From positions 124,620 to 188,619 of the forward strand of contig NZ_OZ252047.1 in the NCBI RefSeq assembly GCF_965247905.1: a DNA stretch of 64,000 bases, written 5' to 3'. This DNA is from Candidatus Spongiihabitans sp. (GTDB lineage: Bacteria; Pseudomonadota; Gammaproteobacteria; Arenicellales; Poriferihabitantaceae). The stretch's first letter is position 1. Every line of letters begins with the position of its first letter. Below are positions 45,443 to 55,619 of the stretch, one piece after another. The notes under the pieces are model-generated. The model did no database searches. It was not told the DNA's origin and saw nothing but the letters and a program-made list of their open reading frames with translations. A program made the translations under genes and the position numbers.

Positions 45443-45579
45443 TCAAAAAATGATGTAAGCAAATATGTCGGATTTGTATATAACAATCATACAGACATTA
45501 TTAGTGTGGTTCTGAACAATAATGCTGATTCAATTGACTATGTAGCCAAATCAGTCATACCTAAATTAGGAACATCCTG

Positions 45580-46191
45580 ATGTTTGATGCTCAATCTCTT
45601 TATGTTTATGTGGCGGCAGTCATTGTTTTGATGATTACTCCCGGGCCTGATATGGTTTATGTGGTTTCCAATGGTATCAGTTATGGGAAAAAAGGCGGGC
45701 TGTATTCCGCGTTGGGTGTCGGCATCGGCGGGTTAATGCTGACCTTGATATCGGCTTTTGGCGTTTCTGCTTTGGTGGAACTATTTCCCGGATCGTTGTT
45801 GCTTATACAGTACGCTGGCGCGTGTTATTTATTGTGGCTCGCCTATCAGGTATGGAGGTCGTCCGTCAGCGCGTACTCATTGGAAAACAGGACAACAAAA
45901 AAAGAATTATTGTTACGAGGAATATTGATTAATATTCTGAACCCAAAAGCCCTTATATTTTTTATGGCGTTCATTCCGCAATTTGTCAATGAAGAATTGG
46001 GTAATACCAGTTACCAAATAATTTTTCTCGGCCTATTGCTGACAGTAATCGGGACGACTATAAACTCATTATACGGTTTGTTTAGTGGGTCGATAGGAAA
46101 TTCGTTGTTAAAAAATGATAAGTATTTAAGGTATCAAAAATATTTGTTGTGCATTATTTTTGCTGGGTTGGCAATTAGACTTTTCTTTTAA
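45580..46191 (+). CDS. LysE/RhtB-family exporter
   Basis: TPGPDM, GKKGG, GACYLLWL, NILNPKA, FIPQFV. Confidence 0.9.
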   Translation: MFDAQSLYVYVAAVIVLMITPGPDMVYVVSNGISYGKKGGLYSALGVGIGGLMLTLISAFGVSALVELFPGSLLLIQYAGACYLLWLAYQVWRSSVSAYSLENRTTKKELLLRGILINILNPKALIFFMAFIPQFVNEELGNTSYQIIFLGLLLTVIGTTINSLYGLFSGSIGNSLLKNDKYLRYQKYLLCIIFAGLAIRLFF

Positions 46192-46215
46192 TCTGGAAGA
46201 AACACAGAATAATGA

Positions 46216-46635
46216 CTAAAAACATTCATGCTGGACAATCGTGGTATTAGCAAATGTTACGCCTTCTGTATTGTGTATATCCAATCTTAATTGATGCAAT
46301 TCTTTTATGCCGGAGACAGAAGCGAATATGACAAAATCGTATTCACCAAATACATAACTGCAATTTTTTGCCCCTTGTAGCGTTTTAAATTTCTCGGCGG
46401 CGTCAATGCAGTGTATTTTTTCGCATTTTATTACGATATAGGCTGATATTTTATGTATTCTATCAATGTCTCCACGTTCAATAGTGAACCTTTTTATGAT
46501 ACCTTTATTTTTTAGACCATTTATTAAGTTATAAGCAGTGCTTCTTGAGATATTCATATTTCTGCAGATTTTTTGAATAGATATTCGACTATCTTTTTCA
46601 AGCAACAATAAAATATTTTTTTCATTTGAGGTCAT
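46216..46635 (-). CDS. Lrp/AsnC-family regulator
   Basis: N-terminal HTH (LLEKDSRIS...GIIKRFT), GEYDF; AT-rich. Confidence 0.85.
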   Translation of the reverse strand: MTSNEKNILLLLEKDSRISIQKICRNMNISRSTAYNLINGLKNKGIIKRFTIERGDIDRIHKISAYIVIKCEKIHCIDAAEKFKTLQGAKNCSYVFGEYDFVIFASVSGIKELHQLRLDIHNTEGVTFANTTIVQHECF

Positions 46636-46657
46636 CGAATCTCACCGATTGCTTCTG

Positions 46658-46771
46658 TTAATGCCGGGGCGGATAATAGCGAATCCAGTAGTCATCGTAA
46701 AAGATATGCGCCACGCCATCGGTTTTGCTGATGGTGCCGTTTTCAACGGGCTTGGTCTTTGGCGTTGGCAT
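46658..46771 (-). pseudogene. Duplicated, internally deleted 5' end of the 43636..44586 gene
   Basis: MPTPKTKPV-ENGTISKTDGVAHIFYDDYWIRYYPP; ~80 nt identical to 44460-44538. Confidence 0.85.
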
Positions 46772-46782
46772 CGTAGAAAGAA

Positions 46783-46861
46783 TTATCCGCAGATGACGCA
46801 GATGAACGCAGATTTAATTATTAAATCTTTATCTGTGAATATCTGAGTCATCTGCGGATAA
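46783..46861. repeat. Second GCAGAT-type inverted-repeat element
   Basis: TTATCCGCAGATGACGCAGATGAACGCAGAT...ATCTGTGAATATCTGAGTCATCTGCGGATAA. Confidence 0.8.
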
Positions 46862-46881
46862 AATTATTCGGATGAAAAATC

Positions 46882-48252
46882 TTAGGCGGCGCTTTTGAGC
46901 GAAGCCAACGATTGATCCAGACTCGCCCAGGCGAGATCGTAAAATTCATCGATTTGTGCGCGGGTGATGATGAGCGGCGGGCATATCACCATTATATCCC
47001 CTACCGGGCGCATCACTAAGCCATTTTTCAGGCAAATTTCCCGGCACACAGTTCCAGCACCGCCATCCTCGTCAAATTTCTGTTTGGTGTCTTTGTTGGC
47101 GACCAGTTCCAAGCCGCCAAGAAATCCTGCGCCTCGTGCCTCTCCCACTAAAGGATGCTCCCCAAGTGCGGAAACCCGGGATTGAAAATAATCCATAGTG
47201 TTGTCACGCGCCCGCTCTATAATGCGCTCATCGCGTAAAATTTGAATATTTTTTAACGCCACCGCGCAGGCCACCGGATGACCGGAATAGGTGTAGCCAT
47301 GAGCAAACTCGCCGCCTTTGCTGTCCAGAACCTCGGTTATTCTATCGGCAACCATCACCGCGCCAATGGTTTGATAGCCTGAGGACAACCCTTTTGCCAG
47401 GGTCATCACATCCGCTTCAATGCTGAATGTGTCTGAGCCAAACCACTGGCCGGTTCGGCCAAAACCGCAAATCACTTCATCCGCGCACAGCAACACATCA
47501 TACTTTTTACAAATGCGATTGATTTCCGGCCAATAATTATCCGGCGGGATGATCACCCCTCCGGCCCCCTGAATCGGCTCGGCAATAAACGCCGCAACCC
47601 GGTCAGGGCGCACTTCCAGTATGCGCTGTTCGAGCGCCTGGGCGCGTTGCAAGCCAAATTCTTCCAGACTGAGATCACCCCCTTCAGCATAGAAATAAGG
47701 TTGATCGATATGCTCGATATTGGCAATGGGCAGTCCGCCTTGAGCATGCATGGCTTTCATTCCGCCCAGGCTGGCGCCGGCCATCGTGCTGCCATGGTAG
47801 GCATTGTTTCGACTGATAATGATATTACGATCTTCCTGATCTTGAACTTCCCAGAAGTAACGCACTAAACGCACCACGGTATCGTTGCCATCAGAGCCTG
47901 AACAACCAAAAAAAGTACGATTCATTTGTGGCGGCGCGACTTCGGCGAGAGCCTCCGCCAATTCCACCGCCGGCAACTGTGCGGTTTGAAAAAAACTATT
48001 GTAATACGGCAATTGCTCCATCTGTAATTTCGCGACTTCGGCTAATTCAGTCCTGCCATAGCCAATATTTACGCACCATAGTCCCGACATCGCATCGAGA
48101 TATTTATTGCCATCGCTGTCGTAGATATAAATATTTTCTGCGCCAGTAATAATGCGCGCGCCGTTTTCGCGCATGTCCTGGTGGTCGGTGAACGGGTGCA
48201 TATAATGCTTTGCATCGAGTTCGCGCAGTTGCGCGGTGTCGTAGGTTCTCAT
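46882..48252 (-). CDS. Class III aminotransferase (putrescine/omega-amino acid:pyruvate, SpuC-like)
   Basis: HPFTD, SGLWCVNIGYG, YHGST, EPIQGAGG, DEVICGFGRTG, AKGLSSGY, HGYTYSGHP. Confidence 0.9.
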   Translation of the reverse strand: MRTYDTAQLRELDAKHYMHPFTDHQDMRENGARIITGAENIYIYDSDGNKYLDAMSGLWCVNIGYGRTELAEVAKLQMEQLPYYNSFFQTAQLPAVELAEALAEVAPPQMNRTFFGCSGSDGNDTVVRLVRYFWEVQDQEDRNIIISRNNAYHGSTMAGASLGGMKAMHAQGGLPIANIEHIDQPYFYAEGGDLSLEEFGLQRAQALEQRILEVRPDRVAAFIAEPIQGAGGVIIPPDNYWPEINRICKKYDVLLCADEVICGFGRTGQWFGSDTFSIEADVMTLAKGLSSGYQTIGAVMVADRITEVLDSKGGEFAHGYTYSGHPVACAVALKNIQILRDERIIERARDNTMDYFQSRVSALGEHPLVGEARGAGFLGGLELVANKDTKQKFDEDGGAGTVCREICLKNGLVMRPVGDIMVICPPLIITRAQIDEFYDLAWASLDQSLASLKSAA

Positions 48253-48254
48253 GA

Positions 48255-48300
48255 TTTATTAGTCATGTTTATTAGTCATGTTTATTAGTCATGTTTATTA
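48255..48300. repeat. 13-bp tandem repeat immediately upstream of the aminotransferase start
   Basis: TTTATTAGTCATG x3 plus a partial copy. Confidence 0.85.
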
Positions 48301-48319
48301 TTCGGGGTTTATGCGCGGC

Positions 48320-48490
48320 AGCGGCGGTCGCTCCTGCGCATCCTGCGCCCGCGACAACGACCGCCAAGGACGGTGGAAGTGCAGATTTTGGCGGGAGCAA
48401 ATATCCGCCGACCGCCAGGGAAGGCGGAAGTGTCGATACCGTAGGGAACGAGTATCGACCATGCCGTCCATGGCAATAATGGCGATGGAT
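48320..48490. repeat. Composite intergenic repeat sharing modules with 49810-50692
   Basis: CGCTCCTGCGCATCCTGCGCCC; GACGGTGGAAGTGCAGATTTTG.CGGGA.CAAA, whose reverse complement lies at ~50175-50218. Confidence 0.7.
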
Positions 48491-48581
48491 TTAATCATGC
48501 TCAAATGATAACCTATCCCGCGTAGCCGAAACATCCCGTTTTCGCATCTGACCGCGCCGCTTTATTTTAATCACGACTGCA

Positions 48582-49712
48582 ATGACTTCACAGCCCAGCT
48601 TCACCATCGGCATCGAAGAAGAATACATGCTGGTAAATCCGCACACCGGCGACTTGGTGCGCAAGGCGCCGAGGTCGTTGATGCCGGCCATGAAAGCGAA
48701 ACTGGGCAGCCGGGTTTCGCCGGAATTCCTGCAATCCCAGGTTGAGGTGGGCACGCCGGTTTGCGCCTCATTACAACAGGCAAATGATGAACTGGGCAAT
48801 CTGCGGCAGTCCGTGGCGGAGGTGGCACAAGACCATGACCTGGCGATCATTGCCGCTTCCACCCATCCTTTCGCCCGGCCCCAGGATCAGGCGATCACCA
48901 AAAAAGCGAGATATGCCGAGTTGGCGCAGGACTTGCAGGCGGTGGTGCGGCGCTTGTTGATTAGCGGCATGCATGTTCATGTCGGCATTGATGATGATGA
49001 TTTGCGCGTCGATTTGATGAATCAAGCGACTTATATTCTTCCCCATCTGCTGGCGTTAAGTACCTCGTCGCCATTCTGGACCGGGGAGGACACCGGCTTG
49101 AAGTCGTATCGGATGTCGGTTTGGGATGAAATGCCGCGCACCGGATTGCCGCATGTGTTTGAGAGCTACTCGGAATATCAACGTCATGTCAATGTTTTAG
49201 TAGAAGCCGGCGTCATCGAGGATGCGACCAAGGTATGGTGGGATTTGCGACCGAGCGCGCGCTACCCGACACTGGAAATGCGGATTACGGATTTATGCGC
49301 CACGCTGAAAGACGCCATCTGCATCGCCGCGATTTATCAGTGCTGGCTGCGAATGTTATACCGGCTGCGCGCAAGAAACCAAAAATGGCGAAAATATTCC
49401 AACATGCTTCTGGACGAAAATCGCTGGCGCGCCCAGCGCTATGGAATCGATCAGGGATTAATAGATTTTGGCATCGGCAAGGTGGTCAATTATTCCGACT
49501 TGCTGTCGGAAATTTTAACCCTGATTAGACAAGACGCCATCGAGGCCGGATGCCTGCAGGAAATCAATCACGCAAAAACGATTGTCAAAAGAGGCACCAG
49601 CGCCCATAGACAACTTTCTGTTTATAAAAAATCATTGGAAAAAGGCGATTCCCATGAACTAGCCATAAAAAAAGTTGTGGATTGGCTGCGCCGCGAGACC
49701 TTGAATTGCTGA
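48582..49712 (+). CDS. Carboxylate-amine ligase (YbdK/GCS2 family)
   Basis: TIGIEEEY, GMHVHVG, ALSTSSPFW, WWDLRPS...TLEMR, NRWRAQRYG. Confidence 0.9.
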   Translation: MTSQPSFTIGIEEEYMLVNPHTGDLVRKAPRSLMPAMKAKLGSRVSPEFLQSQVEVGTPVCASLQQANDELGNLRQSVAEVAQDHDLAIIAASTHPFARPQDQAITKKARYAELAQDLQAVVRRLLISGMHVHVGIDDDDLRVDLMNQATYILPHLLALSTSSPFWTGEDTGLKSYRMSVWDEMPRTGLPHVFESYSEYQRHVNVLVEAGVIEDATKVWWDLRPSARYPTLEMRITDLCATLKDAICIAAIYQCWLRMLYRLRARNQKWRKYSNMLLDENRWRAQRYGIDQGLIDFGIGKVVNYSDLLSEILTLIRQDAIEAGCLQEINHAKTIVKRGTSAHRQLSVYKKSLEKGDSHELAIKKVVDWLRRETLNC

Positions 49713-49809
49713 GCGTAAAAATAAGCGCCCGCGCGGATGCTGACGCATCATTTCATCCGCAGGCCCGCATTGCGCCGTGGCAGTTAATTATCCACTTCAA
49801 TACGCGGGC

Positions 49810-50692
49810 GGTGTGGCGATTCGCACTTCCGCCATCCTTTCCCGGCCGTCATTCCCGCGCAAGCGGGAATCCAGTGAAACCATCCGTCCCCCGCTTCCGC
49901 GAGGGCAGGCCCGCGCAGCGGGACACAACCGCCATGGATGACGGGAGTGCAGATTGCCGCTCCTGCGCCCTCGGCATACATGCCATCCGTGGCAATATTG
50001 CCGGGAGCAAAAATCTGCCGACACCGCAAAGCCCAGAGCGAGTGCCGACCTTGCAGCCGGGGAATGCCGTGGCTTCGCCGCAGGTGTTTGACTGGATTAT
50101 CGGGTCAAGCCCGATAATGACGGGGGAGTGGGAACGACGGACGGGTGGCGGGTTCGTTATCAGCGAATGGACCGGCCGGCCGATTTTTGTTCCCGACAAA
50201 ATCTGCACTTCCACCGTCGGCTTTGGCTTCCTCGACAATTGTTCCTGCATTGCTCCACTAAGCTACGTCCATGTAGCGATGCGTCGCCCTACCTCCGCCA
50301 TCCATGGCATCGTCGTCCTTGGTGGTCGTATGCCACGGGTGAGGGACGCGCAGGTGTGGCGATTCGCACTTCCGCCATTCCTTCCCGGCCGTCATTCCCG
50401 CGCAAGCGGGAATCCAGTGAAACCATCCGTCCCCCGCTTCCGCGAGGGCAGGCCCGCGCAGCGGGACACAACCGCCATGGATGACGGGAGTGCAGATTGC
50501 CGCTCCTGCGCATCCTGCGCCCTCGGCATACATGCCATTCGTGGCAATATTGCCGGGAGCAAAAATCTGCCAACACCGCAAAGCCCAGAGCGAGTGCCGA
50601 CCTTGCAGCCGGGGAATGCCGCGGCTTCGCCGCAGGTGTTTGACTGGATTATCGGGTCAAGCCCGATAATGGCGGGGGAGTGGGAATGACGG
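49810..50692. repeat. Direct duplication of a ~335-bp REP-bounded composite (49810-50140 and 50353-50692)
   Basis: Near-identical copies (the second has a 9-bp insertion), each bounded by oppositely oriented GTCATT...AATCCAG palindromes. Confidence 0.9.
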
Positions 50693-50724
50693 TCACGTAG
50701 CGGCGATGATTAATACGACATTTT

Positions 50725-52629
50725 TTGCAGGAATATTCATTGGTTTTTAGTTTTTCTCTTTCCAGGTTTTTTCCGTTCCTGAGATGGGGGCGGAATCTCA
50801 CTGAAGAAACCGTTCGCGCCGACCTGTTGGCCGGATTGACCGGCGCGGCCATCGTATTGCCGCAGGGCGTTGCCTTCGCCGCCATCGCCGGAATGCCGCC
50901 TGAGTACGGGCTATACGCCAGCATCGTGCCGGCCATCATTGCCGCGCTTTTCGGCTCGTCCTGGCATCTGGTTTCAGGCCCGACCACGGCCGCGTCCATC
51001 GTCATGTTCTCGTCCCTGAGCGCCTTGGCATTGCCCGGCAGCCCGGAGTACATTTCCCTTGCCATCACTCTGGCATTCATGGTTGGCGTTACCCAGTTTG
51101 CGATGGGGGCAGTCCGGCTGGGCGCCCTGGTAAATTTTATATCTCACTCGGTCATTGTCGGATTCACTTCTGGAGCAGCACTATTAATCGCATCCAAACA
51201 AATTAAAATTTTTCTCGGCCTGGAAATCCCGGTTAAAGAGCATTTCCATGAGTCGGTGGTGTATCTGTGGGAGCATTGGAGCGCATTTTACCCGATGGTG
51301 ACGTTTGTCGGATTTTCGGCTCTGGCCGTGGTCATTATCCTTAGGAAAAAATGGCCAAAGTTTCCAGGCATGATAGCCGCCCTGTTTGTTGGCGGCGTAG
51401 TGGCCGCCATTTTTAATTTCATATTCGGTGCGGATAAGACCGGCATCCATATGGTCGGCGCACTGCCTCGACAATTGCCGCCGTTATCGATGCCGGATTT
51501 TTCAGCGGATGTGCTTCAAGAGTTGGCGCCATTGGCACTTGCCATGACCCTGTTTACCCTGACCGAAGCGGTGTCCATCGCCCGTTCAATTGCTCTTAAA
51601 ACCGGGCAACCCATTCAAGGCAATCAGGAATTTATTGGTCAGGGCCTGTCGAATATCGTCGGCAGTTTTTTCTCAGCCTATGTCGCTACCGGTTCATTCA
51701 ACCGCAGCGGGGCGAATTTTGAAGCGGGCGCGAGGTCGCCATTATCGGCAATTTTTGCCGGCCTGTTACTGATTCCGTTACTCATGGTGGTTGCGCCACT
51801 GACCGCATATTTACCTAAAGCCGCAGTGGCAGGTTTATTGATTTTGGTCGCCTGGCGAATCATCGATTTTGCACAAATCAGAAAAATTTTCGGTGCCGAC
51901 CGCAAGGAAGCGGCGATCATGGCGGTGACGTTCTTGAGCACAATTTTCTTCAAACTGGAATTCGCCATCCTGTTTGGCGTGATCCTGTCATTGTTAATCT
52001 ATCTCAGGAAAACCTCTCGACCGAGAATCATGCCACGGGTTCCCAATCCAGAATCGAAACATCGAAAATTCGGTTCCGGGGTGGCGTTGCCGGAATGTCC
52101 GCAGTTCAAGATGCTTCGACTGGATGATTCAATTTATTTTGGATCGGTGGCACATGTCGGCGAAATGTTTCGGTTGTATCGCGAACACTATCCAGAACAA
52201 AAACACCTGCTACTGCTCACCAAAGGGGTCAATCAGGTTGATGTTGGCGGTGCCGAACTATTAATGGCTGAAACCAGGGAAAGAAGAAAGATGGGCGGCG
52301 ATCTGTATTTGTATCGATTAAAAGACAGCGCCAGCAAAGTTCTCAAAGATGGCGGCTATCTGGATTTCATCGGCGAAGACAATATATTCGATTCTAAAGA
52401 GGAAGCGATTGGCAAGGTCTTTGATCGACTGGACCGGGATATTTGCAGCACTTGTGAAAATAGAATTTTTCTGGAATGTAAAACACTCGAATACAAAAAA
52501 CCTGAGGGTAAGGGACCCCAGGATAAGAAACCGACTAAAGTCAAAAGCACAACCACAACCACGAAAAGGTCCAGTAAAAAAACCAGTAAAACAGCAGCAA
52601 AGAAAACTACGAAAAAAGGCGCGACATAA
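50725..52629 (+). CDS. SulP-family anion transporter with STAS domain (start uncertain)
   Basis: DLLAGLTG, LPQGVAFA, YGLYAS, FGSS, GPT, NQEFIGQG, GSFNRS; Lys/Thr-rich tail. Confidence 0.92.
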   Translation: MQEYSLVFSFSLSRFFPFLRWGRNLTEETVRADLLAGLTGAAIVLPQGVAFAAIAGMPPEYGLYASIVPAIIAALFGSSWHLVSGPTTAASIVMFSSLSALALPGSPEYISLAITLAFMVGVTQFAMGAVRLGALVNFISHSVIVGFTSGAALLIASKQIKIFLGLEIPVKEHFHESVVYLWEHWSAFYPMVTFVGFSALAVVIILRKKWPKFPGMIAALFVGGVVAAIFNFIFGADKTGIHMVGALPRQLPPLSMPDFSADVLQELAPLALAMTLFTLTEAVSIARSIALKTGQPIQGNQEFIGQGLSNIVGSFFSAYVATGSFNRSGANFEAGARSPLSAIFAGLLLIPLLMVVAPLTAYLPKAAVAGLLILVAWRIIDFAQIRKIFGADRKEAAIMAVTFLSTIFFKLEFAILFGVILSLLIYLRKTSRPRIMPRVPNPESKHRKFGSGVALPECPQFKMLRLDDSIYFGSVAHVGEMFRLYREHYPEQKHLLLLTKGVNQVDVGGAELLMAETRERRKMGGDLYLYRLKDSASKVLKDGGYLDFIGEDNIFDSKEEAIGKVFDRLDRDICSTCENRIFLECKTLEYKKPEGKGPQDKKPTKVKSTTTTTKRSSKKTSKTAAKKTTKKGAT

Positions 52630-52682
52630 CACAGCGGGAATCATGCCAACCATCTACGACAACATTATTTTGGGGATAAGCA

Positions 52683-54339
52683 ATGCCAACTCTTGATTTC
52701 AAAGGCAAGCAACTGGTCTATGCGCATCACTTAACGGTGTCGGCGCGAACCCTGAAGATTGATGTCAACAAGTCGCATCCCTCAAAAAAACCGTCTCTTG
52801 ACGGCAACCTCATCATCCACGGCGACAACTTGCATGCGCTCAAAGCACTGATGCCGCGCTATGCCGGTCGGGTGAATTGCATTTACATTGACCCGCCGTA
52901 TAACACTGGCAATGAAAAATGGCTATACAACGACAATGTAAATAGCCCGATGATGCAGAATTGGTTGAAAGACAAGGGTCCGGTGGACGGCGAAGATCTG
53001 GAACGACACGACAAGTGGCTGTGCATGATGTGGCCAAGGTTGCAGTTGTTGCGCGAGTTGCTTGCCGAGGACGGCGTGATTTTTATTTCCATTGACGACA
53101 ACGAGCAACACCGGTTGCGGATGGTGATGGATGAGATTTTTGGGGGAGGGAAATTTTCTAGCTGATGTAGTTTGGCAACATCGCTACGGCAGAAGCAATA
53201 ACGCGAAGCTTTTTTCGAACCAACGCGAACATATCATTACTTACAGAAAATCAGATAAAGTCATGCATATTAGAGTCAAACGCAGAGAGAAGTTAGACGC
53301 AACATATGCTAATCCAGATAATGATCTGCGAGGAAAATGGTCATCCAGTTCTTACGTTAATCCAGCGACAAAAGAGCAACGGCCAAACTTGGTTTATCCC
53401 ATTATAAATCCACATACAGAAAAAATAGTTAACCATTCAACTCACGCATGGAAATACAGTAAAACTACACACGAACAACATAGTGAAAAAAATATGCTTT
53501 GGTGGGGGAAAAACGGAAATCTTAAATACCCTAGACTTAAAAATTTTCTATCCGATTCCGAAAAAAAAGGAATTGTGCCAATTGACTTAATGTTAGCGGA
53601 TATTGCTGGTACAACAGATGAAGGAACGCGACAGTTGCAAGAAGTTTTTCAAAACAACGCGCATGACTTCAACAATCCAAAACCAATCAAACTAATTAAA
53701 AATCTCATTGGAATTGCTGAAGGCGTATCGGATAAAGAGAATTTTCTAATTCTGGACTCCTTCGCTGGCTCCGGCACCACCGCCCATGCCGTCCTTGCTC
53801 TCAACAAAGAAGACGGCGGAAACCGCAAGTTTATTCTGGTGGAATGCGAAAACTACGCCGATAAAATCACCGCCGAACGCATCCGCCGCGTAATCAAAGG
53901 CGTTAAAAATGCAAAAGACGAAAACCTGAAAAACGGACTCGGCGGCACCTTCACCTACTGCACCCTGGGCGATGAAATCAGCATTGAAAAAATGCTCACC
54001 GGCACGCACCTGCCGGACTATGAAACCTTCGCCCGCCACTTGGTTTATATCGCCACCGGAAAATCACCGGACAAGATTCGCAAAGCGCGAGGCAAGGACG
54101 GATTTTTCTTCGAGATGCCCGACAGATTGTTCTACCTCATCTACGAACCGCGCCTAACTTTTCTGCGAAGTGCCGACTCCGCTCTGAACGGCGACCGCGC
54201 CGAACGCATCGCCAAACAAGCAAAGACAAAAAAGAAAACCGCACTGGTCTTCGCTACACATAAATTCATGGGGCAGAAAGAATTGACCGAAATGAATATT
54301 GTATTTTGTGGGTTGCCATATGGTAAAATTGATTACTGA
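52683..54339 (+). pseudogene. mod: Type III R-M DNA methyltransferase (Mod), frameshifted at G5 (53142-53146)
   Basis: MPTLDFKGK, IHGDNL, YIDPPYN, SIDDNE, PKP, LDSFAGSGTT; deleting one G gives DEIFGEGNFLADVVW in frame. Confidence 0.85.
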
Positions 54340-54367
54340 TTTGATTCCATTCGGAGGGCATACATCA

Positions 54368-54574
54368 ATGAAATTCAATGTAACTGTGGAGCGGGACGAA
54401 GACGGGGCATGGGTTGTTGAATGCCCGGCAATACCGGGCTGTGTCAGTCAAGGGAAAACCAGAGAACAGGCGCTCGATAATATCGAAGAAGCGATTGCGC
54501 TTTGTCTTGAGGTGCGCGCCGAAAAAGGGCTTCCGCTGACCGTTGAGACGCGGCAAGTCGAGGTCGTGATGTAA
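54368..54574 (+). CDS. hicB: HicB-family antitoxin
   Basis: DEDGAWVVECPAIPGCVSQGKTREQALDNIEEAI; SD GGAGG upstream. Confidence 0.88.
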   Translation: MKFNVTVERDEDGAWVVECPAIPGCVSQGKTREQALDNIEEAIALCLEVRAEKGLPLTVETRQVEVVM

Positions 54575-54614
54575 TGCCGGGCTTACTGTGGACGAGTTTT
54601 CCGCAGTGATATAA
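54574..54614 (+). pseudogene. Vestige of the HicA toxin gene (start fused to the last 12 codons)
   Basis: ATG overlaps the hicB stop; then GCC GGG CTT ACT GTG GAC GAG TTT... = AGLTVDEFSAVI stop, a typical HicA C-terminus. Confidence 0.6.
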
Positions 54615-54651
54615 GGCGGGCGAATCAAAAATTTTATGCGACACAATTATA

Positions 54652-54778
54652 ATACAACTCAAAAACTACCAGAAAAAACCACACTGGTCTTCGCACACAT
54701 AAATTCATGGAACAAAAAGAATTGACGGATATGAACATCACTTTTTGTCAGTTGCCATTTGGGGTGGTTGGCGGGTAG
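54652..54778 (+). pseudogene. Chimeric remnant: res 5' stub joined to a second mod 3' end
   Basis: ATACAACTCAAAAACTACCAG (compare ATGCAATTCAAAAACTACCAA at 56089), then ..LVFA.HKFMEQKELTDMNITFCQLPFG (compare mod C-terminus at 54235-54325). Confidence 0.75.
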
Positions 54779-54803
54779 ACTATGCGTGACCGGGGAGGGC
54801 ATT

Positions 54804-55610
54804 ATGACCGTTGATCGCATCATCTTGAAGATAGAAGGACCAGAAGCAAATAGGCGCCATGTGGAACTGCCTGTTTTTCTTGAAAAAGTCAGGAATTTTT
54901 ACCGAATGTTGAACGCCAACATCAAGAGCGATGAACGCAAAGGCATCGCGCTTAATGTTGTGCAGTTGTCCCATTCCAGCCCCGCGATTGTCGGATGCCA
55001 GCCGACGGTCAATGGACAGCCATATACCCCCTTGATACGAAATATTGGAGAAACGTTGTATGCCGTGAAAGAGGGGCGATTGGGTCAACTCAATGATGAT
55101 TTTTTGTCTGCCATGGAAAAACTGGCGAAGGACGAGCCGAAAAAAATTATGTCCAGCGAAATACAAATCACCGGAGCCAATCAAGAAGATTGGCATGTTT
55201 GCAGGCTGGATGATGAGTTTCGCGCCAAACTGGTGCAAGCACGAAGCGAGGAGCATATTCAAATAAGCACGATAGACGGCGTATTGGAAGAAATTAATAT
55301 TCATAGCAACCCGCATACTTTCAAAATTTATGATGCGAGCTTTGCTTCTGTCACTATCAGGTGTCAATTTCCAAAAGAATTGGTGGGGGATGTGCAGGGC
55401 GCTCTGGGGAATTTCGTTTCTGTTCGGGGTGAATGCTTTTATCGTCCCGATGCGGCGTTTCCCTACAAAATAGATGTTCGGGAAATGGAAATTTTACCGC
55501 CAAGCGAGGAACTTCCCTCCCTAAGCGATCTTCGTGGAATTGCCCCTGGCGCAACCGGGGACAAGCCTTCCGAACAGTTTGTGAGAGAATTACGCGACAA
55601 ATGGGGCTAA
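54804..55610 (+). CDS. Hypothetical protein, probable antitoxin partner of the PIN toxin
   Basis: SD GGAG before ATG 54804; C-terminal SEQFVRELRDKW resembles VapB-type tails; stop is 9 bp before the PIN gene. Confidence 0.6.
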   Translation: MTVDRIILKIEGPEANRRHVELPVFLEKVRNFYRMLNANIKSDERKGIALNVVQLSHSSPAIVGCQPTVNGQPYTPLIRNIGETLYAVKEGRLGQLNDDFLSAMEKLAKDEPKKIMSSEIQITGANQEDWHVCRLDDEFRAKLVQARSEEHIQISTIDGVLEEINIHSNPHTFKIYDASFASVTIRCQFPKELVGDVQGALGNFVSVRGECFYRPDAAFPYKIDVREMEILPPSEELPSLSDLRGIAPGATGDKPSEQFVRELRDKWG

Positions 55611-55619
55611 GGATATTCA

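Noticed and set aside
49682-50689. 335-aa ORF with an internal duplication
   Set aside because: It lies entirely on palindromic repeat DNA, overlaps the ligase stop and has no recognisable domain; most likely a chance open frame in GC-rich repeats.
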